DNA of 64,000 bases from Comamonadaceae bacterium. Lineage in GTDB: Bacteria > Pseudomonadota > Gammaproteobacteria > Burkholderiales > Burkholderiaceae_C. The stretch covers positions 28,915 to 92,914 of the forward strand of contig CANGLW010000007.1 of NCBI GenBank assembly GCA_947454955.1. Reading direction: 5' to 3'. The translations under genes were made by a program, and so were the position numbers. Position 1 is the stretch's first letter. Every line of letters starts with the position of its first letter. The notes beneath the pieces were generated by a model, which worked only from the letters and a program-made list of their open reading frames with translations, ran no database searches and was not told the origin of the DNA. Shown piece by piece: positions 17,481 to 26,900 of the stretch.

Positions 17481-19139
17481 TTAATCATGCATATATGTCT
17501 GTTTGGTTTTAAAGAACCGGTCTGCGCGCACAAACTTGGCCAAGTCTGTGCTGATGGGGGCAGGTTCTTGGTGCCACAGGGCCGCCATTTGCTCGCCGCA
17601 CAAGGCTGCAAAACTCAAACCCCTTGAGCCCAAGCCGGTGCACAGCCACAGGGTTTGCGCCTCGTCCAGCGGGCCAAGGATGGGAAAGCGGTCGGTGGTC
17701 ACACAACGTTCGCCTTGCCAGTGTTGCAAAGCGTCTATGTTTTGGCTGTCGGGAATCAGGTGGGCCAGTTCGGGCAGCAGCGCGGCTAATTTGGCTTGGT
17801 TGGCCTGGATGTGTTGGTCCACGTTCAAGGGCTCTGCGTTGGTGGACTCATAAGTCGCGCCAAAGGCCCAGGCTGTGCCGGTGGGTGTGGGCAAGTTCGG
17901 GATGAAGCCGCCGTTGCCGTTGATGGGGTGTGTGGGCCAATCTTTTGCAACTGTGGGTTGCTCGCCCATGACCACCAAGCCGCGCATGCCATGCGCCACG
18001 CCTTCGGGCAGAGCTAGGATATTGGAAGCTGGTGCGCTGCCCGTTGCTTTCGACAACGTCGACTTGATCAAGCTCAGACTATTCAGCGCATGGGCCAGCA
18101 CCACGCGCGGTGCTTGCGCCAATGTTTGGCCTTGCGCATTCAAGGCAAACCACTGACCGTCTTGCTGCCTCAAGCTAACCACGTCACTTTTGCCCTGAAA
18201 TCTCACACCCGGCGTGGCCAGCCAATGCTGCACCAAGGCTGCAGGGCTGACCCAGGCGGCATGGGGGTGCCACACATCCTTGCCTTGCTTGAGAGACCAA
18301 TCTTCCAAGCCCTCAAGCTCAGGCATGGAGCTGGCTGCTTTTTTCTCAAGCAAACCGCTCATGGCATAGCCGTCTTTCAGGTGGGTGATGGCTTGCAAGC
18401 TCAAACGCAAACCCGCGCGAATCAGCCGTGAGCGCGGGTTGTCGTCTTTGGAGATCAAAGGCGCCATCAAGCCCGCAGGTAAGCCGGATGCACCAGCGGC
18501 GGGGTGTTCAGCGCCATCCAAGACGGTGACGGTGTGCCCCCGCCGTGCAAGTGCTGCTGCCACGCTAGAACCTGCTAAGCCAGCGCCGATCACCAGCACA
18601 GGTTCTGGCTCAAGGCCAACGCGCACAGGGGCAGGGCGGCGCTGCTTGGCTTGCCAGCTGGGTTGGTAGGTCCAGGTGTGGGGGGTGTTTTGCTCAGGGT
18701 GATGCACAAAACCAGCTTGGCGGAGCAGCTCAACGGGCACGTCATCTTCAAGGTGCAAGACCGTGCCCAGGCGGCTCTTTTGTGCCAAGGCTTTGAACCA
18801 CCATTTGTCGGCTGCACCTGTCTGCCAGACCTCGTCAAACACCGCGTTCAAGGCCTTGAGTTGGTCAAGCTTCTCGCCCACACACAGGGTGAGTTGAACC
18901 GACCCCAAGTCAAAGCGGTGAAAGCCCTCGCTCAAGCCCCACCAGTGATTTTTCAGAACAGATAAATGACGGCGAAGCTCTGCGTTGAGTTGCGACCAAG
19001 TCGGCGCACGTTCGCACAAAGCCACCACATGGGTGGTGATGCGGTGCGACGGGTCTGCATGGCTGGCAATAGCTTGTTGCCAGACATGAAAAAAGCGCGC
19101 GCCATCACCCCAATCGGTGATGAGCACACGCTTAGACAA
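17481..19139 (-). CDS. mnmC: MnmC-like tRNA mnm5s2U biosynthesis protein (FAD oxidoreductase with N-terminal MnmC-type domain)
   Basis: C-terminal DAO-type FAD domain (VLVIGAGLAGSSVAAALARRG). The N-terminal ~200 aa resembles the methyltransferase-like MnmC domain but is shorter than in the E. coli enzyme. Confidence 0.7.
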   Translation of the reverse strand: MSKRVLITDWGDGARFFHVWQQAIASHADPSHRITTHVVALCERAPTWSQLNAELRRHLSVLKNHWWGLSEGFHRFDLGSVQLTLCVGEKLDQLKALNAVFDEVWQTGAADKWWFKALAQKSRLGTVLHLEDDVPVELLRQAGFVHHPEQNTPHTWTYQPSWQAKQRRPAPVRVGLEPEPVLVIGAGLAGSSVAAALARRGHTVTVLDGAEHPAAGASGLPAGLMAPLISKDDNPRSRLIRAGLRLSLQAITHLKDGYAMSGLLEKKAASSMPELEGLEDWSLKQGKDVWHPHAAWVSPAALVQHWLATPGVRFQGKSDVVSLRQQDGQWFALNAQGQTLAQAPRVVLAHALNSLSLIKSTLSKATGSAPASNILALPEGVAHGMRGLVVMGEQPTVAKDWPTHPINGNGGFIPNLPTPTGTAWAFGATYESTNAEPLNVDQHIQANQAKLAALLPELAHLIPDSQNIDALQHWQGERCVTTDRFPILGPLDEAQTLWLCTGLGSRGLSFAALCGEQMAALWHQEPAPISTDLAKFVRADRFFKTKQTYMHD

Positions 19140-19151
19140 GGTGGGTGAGGC

Positions 19152-19424
19152 TTAGGCGCTGGGGGGCACGTAGCCTTGGGCGGCATCTGCGCCATCGCCA
19201 AAGAAATGGTTTTCCATTTGGCGGGCCAGGTACTGGCGGGCGCGCTGGTCGGCCAGGTTCAGGCGGTTTTCATTGACCAACATGGTCTGGTGCTTGAGCC
19301 AGGCGGCCCACGCTTCTTTGCTCACAGACTCCCAGATGCGTTTGCCCAGGTCGCCGGGGTAGGGCGGGAAGTCCAGGCCCTCGGCCTCTTTGCCCAATTT
19401 GATGCAGTTCACAGTGCGTGCCAT
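19152..19424 (-). CDS. yggX: Fe(2+)-trafficking / oxidative-damage protection protein
   Basis: 90 aa. [30 protein letters not shown]...W..W...QTMLINE matches YggX. Confidence 0.9.
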   Translation of the reverse strand: MARTVNCIKLGKEAEGLDFPPYPGDLGKRIWESVSKEAWAAWLKHQTMLVNENRLNLADQRARQYLARQMENHFFGDGADAAQGYVPPSA

Positions 19425-19462
19425 GGTGTTCTCTTGTAGTGTTGGGGTCAGACTTTAGCGCA

Positions 19463-20239
19463 TCACTGCTCAGCAAATGCGCGCTCAATCACAAAGTCGC
19501 CGGGCTTGGTGGTGTTGCCTTCCATGAAGCCGCGCTTTTCCAGCATGTGCTTCAAGTCGCGCAGCATCTCGGGGCTGCCGCAAATCATCACGCGGTCGTT
19601 GGCCGCATCGAGCTTGGGCAGGCCCAAATCAGCTTCGATTTTGCCGGCCTCCAGCAAGTCGGTGATGCGGCCCTGGTTGCGAAACGTCTCACGCGTGACG
19701 GTGGGGTAGTACAGCATTTGTTCGCTGACCATCTCGCCCAAAAACTCGTGTTGCGGCAACTCCTGGGTGAGGTAGTCGTGGTAGGCCAGCTCAGCCACTT
19801 CACGCACGCCGTGCACGATGATGACTTTCTCAAACTTCTCGTAAGTGGCGGGGTCGCGAATCACGCTCAAAAACGGCGCCACACCGGTGCCCGTGCCCAG
19901 CAAATACAAGTTTTTGGCCGGCAGCAGGTAGTCAATCAACAGCGTGCCAGTGGGTTTGCGGCCCACCACAATTTTGTCGCCCACTTGGATGTGTTGCAGC
20001 TTGGAGGTCAATGGGCCATCGGGCACCTTGATGCTCAAAAACTCCAGGTGTTCTTCGTAATTGGCGCTCACGATGCTGTAGGCGCGCAGCAGGGGCTTGC
20101 CGTTGTCTTGACGCAGGCCAATCATGGTGAAGTGGCCGTTGGAGAAGCGCAGCGCCTGGTCCCGGGTGGTGGTGAAACTAAAGAGTCGGTCCGTCCAGTG
20201 GTGGACACTTAAAACGGTTTCGTCGAGAAATGCGCTCAT
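19463..20239 (-). CDS. fpr: ferredoxin-NADP(+) reductase (plant-type Fpr)
   Basis: The start is refined to MSAFLDETVLSV (ATG at 20237-20239). RAYSIVS FAD motif and GTGTGVAPF NADP motif. 258 aa. Confidence 0.9.
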   Translation of the reverse strand: MSAFLDETVLSVHHWTDRLFSFTTTRDQALRFSNGHFTMIGLRQDNGKPLLRAYSIVSANYEEHLEFLSIKVPDGPLTSKLQHIQVGDKIVVGRKPTGTLLIDYLLPAKNLYLLGTGTGVAPFLSVIRDPATYEKFEKVIIVHGVREVAELAYHDYLTQELPQHEFLGEMVSEQMLYYPTVTRETFRNQGRITDLLEAGKIEADLGLPKLDAANDRVMICGSPEMLRDLKHMLEKRGFMEGNTTKPGDFVIERAFAEQ

Positions 20240-20368
20240 GAGGGGCCTTGAGAGGGTCGTCTGCTGCCAAGTCTTGCAGCGGCAAAGCCTTCGATTGTAA
20301 AAGCTTCGCTTTGACCTTGCCCAAAGCGCTGTGTGGCCGCTCTCAAGTGCGCGCATTTTTGCGCCACA

Positions 20369-20893
20369 ATGCGATTGATGTCTTTGAACCTCAACGCCCT
20401 TCGAACCCTGCCGCCGCGTGCGCTCTTTGCTGTGCTGGCCTTGGTCTGCGTGGCCCTGCTGGCCTTTGGTTTGTACCTGCAACACGTGGTGGGTTTAGAG
20501 CCGTGCCCGATGTGCATTGTGCAGCGCTACGCTATGATTTTCATAGCTGTTATGTCAGCTTTGGCATGGTTCATCAGCCGAAAAGGTTTGCAAGCGGTGC
20601 TGAGCGTTGTCTTGGTCGTGGCCGCTGGTTTTGGCGCTTTTGTCGCAGCCAGACAAAGCTGGTTGCAGTGGTACCCACCTGAGGTGGCAAGCTGCGGGCG
20701 CGATTTTTACGGGATGATTGAGAGCTTCCCCTTGCAACGCGCCATCCCCATGATTTTTCGCGGCAGCGGTGACTGCACCAAGGTCGACTGGACTTTCCTG
20801 GGCGGCTCAATTGCCAACTGGTCCTTCGTCTGCTTCACCCTCATGGGGGTGGTGCTGCTGATCCATCTGGCGCAGTTGCGTCAACGCCGTTAA
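20369..20893 (+). CDS. dsbB: disulfide bond formation protein B
   Basis: Four predicted TM segments, the CPMCIVQRY active-site pair, and a second periplasmic cysteine pair (C...C). The start ATG is at 20369 or 20378. Confidence 0.85.
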   Translation: MRLMSLNLNALRTLPPRALFAVLALVCVALLAFGLYLQHVVGLEPCPMCIVQRYAMIFIAVMSALAWFISRKGLQAVLSVVLVVAAGFGAFVAARQSWLQWYPPEVASCGRDFYGMIESFPLQRAIPMIFRGSGDCTKVDWTFLGGSIANWSFVCFTLMGVVLLIHLAQLRQRR

Positions 20894-20906
20894 TTTTTGA
20901 GGTTTT

Positions 20907-21851
20907 ATGAGCCAAAGCAATGCCACCCTGAACCGTGATGCCCAAGGGGTTTACCTCATCACCGTCACGCCCTTCACCGACACTGGCGCGCTGGACCTGG
21001 CCAGCACCGACCGCATGGTGGACTTTTATCTGGAAAAAGGCGTCACCGGCCTGACCATTTTGGGCATCATGGGCGAGGCGCCCAAGCTGACCATGGAAGA
21101 GTCGCGCATCTTCGTCAAGCAGGTGCTCGCCCGCGTCAAAGGCGCGGTGCCCGTCGTTGTTGGCGCGTCCAGCCCAGGCTTTGCGCCCATGAAGGAACTC
21201 ACCCACAGCGTGATGGACCTGGGTGCGGGTGGCGTGATGGTGGCGCCACCCGGCACGGTGCGCACCGATGACCAGATCTTGGCGTATTTCGACATGGTCA
21301 ACGAGACCTTGGGCAACACGCCCTGGGTGCTGCAAGACCACCCGGTGGCCACCGGCGTGCAAATGTCCACCGCGGTGGAAATCAAAATTCTGAAAAACTC
21401 ACCCCACTGCGTGATGCTCAAGCACGAGGACTGCCCGGGCCTGGCCAAGCTCAGCGCCATCCGCGCTGCCACCGAGCGTGGCGAGCTGCCGCGCATGTCC
21501 ATCTTGACCGGTAACGGTGGCGGTTTGTTCTTGCCCGAAGAGCTGGTGCGCGGCGCCGATGGCGCGATGACCGGCTTTGCTTACCCCGAGATGATGGTGG
21601 ACGTGGTGGCCGCGCACCAAGCGGGCAATACCGAGCGCGCGTTTGATCTGTTTGACGCTTACCTGCCCTTGGCCCGTTACGAGCAGCAGCCCAACATTGG
21701 CTTGGCGGTGCGCAAACACATCATGAAAGAGCGCGGTGTGATTGCCTCAGCCGCGGTGCGAAAGCCCGGGCCGAAGCTCTCGGCACAAGATGTGGCCGAC
21801 ATCGAACGATTGACCCGCAGACAGGTCAAGCGCTTGGCTGAGCTCGGCTAA
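20907..21851 (+). CDS. dihydrodipicolinate synthase (DapA/NAL) family aldolase
   Basis: GLTILGIMGE, VVVGASS and KHEDC segments are typical of the DHDPS family. 314 aa. Confidence 0.8.
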   Translation: MSQSNATLNRDAQGVYLITVTPFTDTGALDLASTDRMVDFYLEKGVTGLTILGIMGEAPKLTMEESRIFVKQVLARVKGAVPVVVGASSPGFAPMKELTHSVMDLGAGGVMVAPPGTVRTDDQILAYFDMVNETLGNTPWVLQDHPVATGVQMSTAVEIKILKNSPHCVMLKHEDCPGLAKLSAIRAATERGELPRMSILTGNGGGLFLPEELVRGADGAMTGFAYPEMMVDVVAAHQAGNTERAFDLFDAYLPLARYEQQPNIGLAVRKHIMKERGVIASAAVRKPGPKLSAQDVADIERLTRRQVKRLAELG

Positions 21852-21876
21852 GCCGAACGACAGCGCTCTCAAAAAC

Positions 21877-23226
21877 TCAGTTCAGCTTTTTCACCAGCAC
21901 CTGCGACTTGCGGTCCCAGTTGTACTTGCGTTTGCGCGCCTCGGGCAAATGCTCGGGGTCGGTTTGCACAAAGCCGCGGCGCAAGAACCAGTGCATGGTG
22001 CGGGTGGTCAGCACAAAAATGCTGTCCAGGCCCATGGCCTTGGCGCGCTGTTCCACACGTTTGAGCACCCGCTCACCATCACCTTGACCCTGTGAGTCGG
22101 GCGAGACGGTGAGCGCAGCCATCTCGGCGGTGCGGTTCTCTGGGTAGGGGTAGAGCGCGGCGCAGGCAAAGATCACCCCGTCGTGCTCAAGGATGGTGTA
22201 GTTGCCAATGTCGCGTTCAATCTCGGTGCGGCTGCGGGTGACCAGGGTGCCGTCTTTCTCAAACGGCTCGATGAGCTGCAAGATGCCGCCCACATCATCG
22301 GCCGTGGCTTCGCGCAGGGCTTCGAGTTTTTCGTCCACCACCATGGTGCCAATGCCGTCGTGCACATAAATCTCCAGCAGCAGCGCGCCATCCACCGCAA
22401 ACGGCAAGATGTGGCTGCGCTCCACACCGGCTTTGCAGGCCTTCACGCAGTGCTGCAGGTAAAACGCGATGTCGGTGGGCTGCTTGGCATCGGGCAGGGC
22501 GGCCAGCAGCTTCTCAGCAGCTTTGAGCGGCAGCTCGGTGTCGATCGGGTTGTCTTCGCTCTCAGGCGCAAACGGGTCGATGCGGATGCCGGGAATCTCA
22601 GTGACGAAAATCAACTTGTCGGCCTGCAACGCACTGGCCACCGAGGTGGCCACCTCTTCCATGGTGAGGTTGAAGGCCTCGCCGGTGGGTGAAAAACCAA
22701 AGGGCGAGAGCAGCACCATGGCCCCAAAGTCCAGGGTTTGCTTGATGCCGGCGGTGTCCACCTTGCGCACCAGACCCGAGTGCTGAAAGTCCACGCCGTC
22801 CACAATGCCCACAGGGCGCGCGGTGATGAAGTTGCCCGAAATCACCCGCACGGTCGAGCCCGCCATGGGCGTGTTGGGCAGGCCCTGGCTGAAAGCCGCT
22901 TCAATCTCGTAGCGCAGTTGGCCAGCGGCTTCTTGCGCGCAGTCCAGCGCCACCTCGTCGGTGATGCGCATGCCGTGTGAGTATTTGGGGCTGTGGCCTT
23001 TGGCCGCCAGTTGTTCATTCACCTGAGGGCGAAAACCATGCACCAGCACAATTTTCACGCCCATGCTTTGGATGAGCGCCAGGTCTTGCGCCAGGTGGTG
23101 CAGCTTGCCCGCAGCAATGGCCTCGCCCGCGATGCCCACCACAAACGTCTTGCCACGGTGCATGTGGATATAAGGCGCCACCGAACGGAACCAGGGCACA
23201 AAAGTGAAATTGAAGACAGCGGTCAT
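21877..23226 (-). CDS. argA: amino-acid N-acetyltransferase (N-acetylglutamate synthase)
   Basis: N-terminal amino-acid-kinase fold (FVPWFRSVAPYIHMHRGKTFVV) plus a C-terminal GNAT domain (QGQGDGERVLKRVEQRAKAMG). Confidence 0.9.
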   Translation of the reverse strand: MTAVFNFTFVPWFRSVAPYIHMHRGKTFVVGIAGEAIAAGKLHHLAQDLALIQSMGVKIVLVHGFRPQVNEQLAAKGHSPKYSHGMRITDEVALDCAQEAAGQLRYEIEAAFSQGLPNTPMAGSTVRVISGNFITARPVGIVDGVDFQHSGLVRKVDTAGIKQTLDFGAMVLLSPFGFSPTGEAFNLTMEEVATSVASALQADKLIFVTEIPGIRIDPFAPESEDNPIDTELPLKAAEKLLAALPDAKQPTDIAFYLQHCVKACKAGVERSHILPFAVDGALLLEIYVHDGIGTMVVDEKLEALREATADDVGGILQLIEPFEKDGTLVTRSRTEIERDIGNYTILEHDGVIFACAALYPYPENRTAEMAALTVSPDSQGQGDGERVLKRVEQRAKAMGLDSIFVLTTRTMHWFLRRGFVQTDPEHLPEARKRKYNWDRKSQVLVKKLN

Positions 23227-23246
23227 GGTGTGATTGTGATGTTGTT

Positions 23247-23549
23247 TTAGACGGCTTCTCTGAACACCCGCACACGCTGGGCGATCTGGTCGATGGTAGC
23301 GCGTGACGCCACCCGCATGTCGTACTCACTTTGCAGGTTCATCCAGAACCTTGGCTCCATGTTGAAAAACAAGCCCAAGCGCAAGGCGGTATCAGCGGTG
23401 ATGGGGCGTTTAGCGTTGACCACATCGCTGATGCGGCTGGGTGGCACATCAATATCGGCCGCGAGTTGGCGCGCGGTGATGCCCATGGGCTTCATGAATT
23501 CTTCAAGAAGAATTTCCCCAGGGTGAATCTCGTCCAAAATTTTCGGCAT
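23247..23549 (-). CDS. higA: HigA-family antitoxin (XRE HTH)
   Basis: IHPGEILLEEFMKPMGITARQLAADIDVPPSRISDVVNAKRPITADTALRL is the HigA/VapI signature. It is 9 nt downstream of higB. Confidence 0.85.
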   Translation of the reverse strand: MPKILDEIHPGEILLEEFMKPMGITARQLAADIDVPPSRISDVVNAKRPITADTALRLGLFFNMEPRFWMNLQSEYDMRVASRATIDQIAQRVRVFREAV

Positions 23550-23558
23550 GGTCTGGTC

Positions 23559-23837
23559 CTAATGGTAATCAACGATTTCAACTTGGCTCGCACCGGCGTC
23601 TTGCCACACAAAACACAAGCGCCATTGCGCGTTGATCCGTAAGCTGTGTTGCCCTTTGCGCGAACCCTTCAAAGCTTCCAGCTGGTTGCCCGGTGGCACC
23701 TTCAAGCTGGCCAGCTCGGTCGCGGCATGCAGCTGAAGCAGTTTTCTGCGGGCAACCCGCTCCATGTTTTTGAAGCGCGGCACCAGCTGACTGTGAAACA
23801 AAGCCTCGGTGTCTGCGCATGAAAACGACTGAATCAT
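23559..23837 (-). CDS. higB: HigB-type toxin (RelE/ParE superfamily, plasmid maintenance system killer)
   Basis: 92 aa with ...LEALKGSRKGQHSLRINAQWRLCFVW....VEIVDYH, as I recall for the HigB family. The toxin-first gene order is typical of higBA. Confidence 0.85.
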   Translation of the reverse strand: MIQSFSCADTEALFHSQLVPRFKNMERVARRKLLQLHAATELASLKVPPGNQLEALKGSRKGQHSLRINAQWRLCFVWQDAGASQVEIVDYH

Positions 23838-23966
23838 GGGCCATGATATTCCGTGATACAGAACCTGTCAATCGGATTTCCCGTTGATTTTCCAATCGAA
23901 AAACCATGTCGTATGAGAGAAACGGCCTCGATGGCCTGAGATAATCGAGGGTTAGCACCACTCCCC

Positions 23967-26900
23967 ATGATCACGCCTGCCCAGCCCTTGTTGATTGAGT
24001 TCCCAGAATCCCTGCCAGTGTCGGGCAAACGCGACGAGATCATGGCGGCGATTGCGCAGCATCAGGTCGTCATCGTCTGCGGGGAGACCGGTTCGGGCAA
24101 GACCACGCAGCTGCCCAAAATCGCCCTGGCCATGGGGCGAGGGCGCATCAACGCTGCGCCCGGGCAGCGCGGCCAACTCATTGGCCATACCCAGCCGCGG
24201 CGCATTGCGGCCAGTTCGGTCGCCAAGCGCATTGCCGAAGAACTCAACACCCCGCTGGGCGAGGTGGTGGGTTACAAGGTGCGTTTTGCCGACCGCCTGA
24301 GCAAAGACGCCAGCGTCAAGCTCATGACCGACGGCATCTTGCTGGCCGAAACCCAGACCGACCCGCTCCTCAAGGCCTACGACACCATCATCATCGACGA
24401 GGCGCATGAGCGCAGCCTCAACATCGACTTTTTGCTGGGTTATCTGCGACAGATCTTGCCGCGCCGGCCTGACCTGAAAATCATCGTGACCTCGGCCACG
24501 ATCGATGCGGACAGGTTTGCCAAGCACTTTGCGTCTACAAAAGGTCCGGCGCCAATCATTCTTGTGTCGGGCCGTACCTTTCCGGTTGAACAACGCTACA
24601 AACCCTTTGAAGAATCGCGCGACTTCGATTTGAACGACGCCATTGCCGATGCGGTCGACGAGCTGTGGTCTGCTCCGCAAAACATGGGCGACATCTTGGT
24701 GTTTTTGCCGGGTGAGCGCGAAATTCGCGAAGCCGCTGATCATCTGCGCGCGCACCTGAGCCACAAGGCTTTGACGCGCCATGCCGAGGTGCTGCCTTTG
24801 TTTGCGCGCTTGAGCCAAGCCGAGCAAGACCGGATTTTCGATAGCCATACGGGCCGGCGCATCGTGTTGGCCACCAACGTGGCAGAAACGTCACTGACCG
24901 TGCCAGGCATCCGATACGTGATTGACTCAGGCACTGCCAGGGTCAAGCGCTACAGTTTCAGGAGTAAGGTGGAACAACTGTTGGTTGAGCCTGTTAGCCA
25001 AGCTGCAGCCAACCAACGCGCCGGGCGTTGCGGGCGCGTTGCCAATGGCATTTGCATCCGCCTTTACGACGAGAAAGATTTCGCCTCACGCCCGCGCTTC
25101 ACCGACCCTGAAATTCTGCGTTCATCGTTGGCTGGCGTGATTCTGCGCATGAAGGCCCTGCACCTGGGCGTGGTGGAAGACTTCCCGTTTTTAGAAGCGC
25201 CCAGCGGCCGCGCGATTGCCGATGGTTACCAACTCTTGGCGGAACTCGGTGCGGTGGACGAGGCCAACGAGCTCACCCCGATTGGCCGCGAACTCTCACG
25301 CGTGCCGCTGGACCCGCGGGTGGGGCGCATGATTTTGGAGGCGCGCAGCCGCCAGGCTCTGAGCGAGGTGTTGGTGATTGCCTCGGCGCTTAGCGTGCAA
25401 GACGTGCGCGACCGCCCCATGGACGCGCAAACCCAAGCTGACCAGGCGCACGCCAAGTTTGACGATGAAAAGAGCGAGTTTTCGGGCTACCTGCGTCTGT
25501 GGCAATGGCTGGAAGACAGCCGCGGCGGCAAAAATAATGGGGGTCAGACCCCAATTAATTCCCCAATTAATTCGACGCACAAGCTCTCGAACCGTCAGTA
25601 CGAGCAGCTGCTGCGGCAAAACTTCATCAGCATGCGCCGGGTGCGCGAATGGCGTGACATCTACACCCAACTGTTGACGGTGGTGGCCGAGCACAAGTGG
25701 CCCATCAACACCGCACCTGCGAGTTACGAGCAGATTCACCAGACCATGTTGGCTGGCCTGCTGGGTAACATCGGCTGCAAGGTGGAAGATGAATCCACCG
25801 AGTACCTGGGCGCGCGCGGCATCAAGTTTCACCGCCACCCGGGTGCGCATTTACGGAAAAAACCTGGGCGTTGGATCGTCTGCGCTGAGTTGGTGGAAAC
25901 CACGCGCTTGTTTGGCCGGGGTATCGCCAACATTGAGCCGCAGTGGGTCGAGAGTTTGGCTGGGCACTTGCTGAAAAAACAGCTGCTCGACCCGCATTGG
26001 GAGAAAAAGGCTGCTGAGGTGGTAGCCTTTGAACGCGCCACTTTGTATGGCTTGGTGATTTACAGCGGCCGGCGCACCAGCTTCGGACGGGTGGACCCGG
26101 TGGGTGCGCGTGAGATTTTCATCCGCGAAGCGCTGGTGGCTGGCGACTGGGACACAAAGCTGCCGTTTTTGGCCGCGAACCAAAAGCTCATCCGCCAGGT
26201 GCAAGACCTGGAACACAAATCACGCCGTCAAGACGTGCTGGTGGACGACGAGTTGATTTACGCGTTTTACGACCAGCAGATTCCGCAAGATGTGGTCAGT
26301 GGTGCCGGCTTGGAGCGTTGGTACAAGCTGAAAAACCAGCCCGACTTGCTGATGCTCACCCGCGAAGAATTGATGCGCCACGAGGCTGCGGGCATCACCA
26401 CCCAGTCCTTCCCCAAAACGCTCAGGCTCGGGGGCGTGGATTGTGCAGCCACTTACCTGCACGAGCCGGGCGATCCCAAAGACGGCCTGACTGTCACCGT
26501 GCCGCTGTTTGTGCTCAACCAAGTGAGTGAGGAGCGTTGCGAGTGGTTGGTGCCGGGCATGCTCAAAGACAAGATTCAGGCCCTGCTCAAAAGCCTGCCG
26601 CAACGCCCGCGCAGCCGTTTTGTGCCGCTGCCTGAATCTGCCGCGCGTTTGGCAGAAGTTCTGGGTGTGCCTGAGAAGTTTGGTGCGGGTGGTTTGACGG
26701 ATGCCTTGCTCAAACAAGTGCGCGACATCACCAGCCTGGACGTGAAGCGCGCCGACTTCAAGCTCGACATGCTCAGCCCCCATTTTTTCATGAACTTTCG
26801 GGTGGTGGACGAGCACGGCCGCCAGCTCGGCCATGGTCGCAACTTAGGTGCTTTGAAAGCTGAGTTGGGTGCGAAGGCGCGTGGCGCGTTTCAAGCGCTG

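Noticed and set aside
16287-17627. Long shadow ORFs opposite real genes: 16287-17627 (+), 4028-5149 (+), 6919-7953 (+), 15303-16175 (+), 39410-40828 (-), 50894-52468 (-), 23952-24848 (-), 60079-60663 (-)
   Set aside because: Each lies fully antisense to a gene with unmistakable family motifs. Their translations are dominated by R, H, G, A, Q and V runs without recognisable domains, and they lack an RBS. This is the expected stop-codon-poor antisense frame of roughly 60% GC coding DNA.
19442-19453. TTGGGGTCAGAC half-copy of the 21-nt palindrome between yggX and fpr
   Set aside because: Only the left arm plus centre is present and the right arm is absent (followed by TTTAGCG). A 12-nt match is too short to distinguish a decayed copy from chance.
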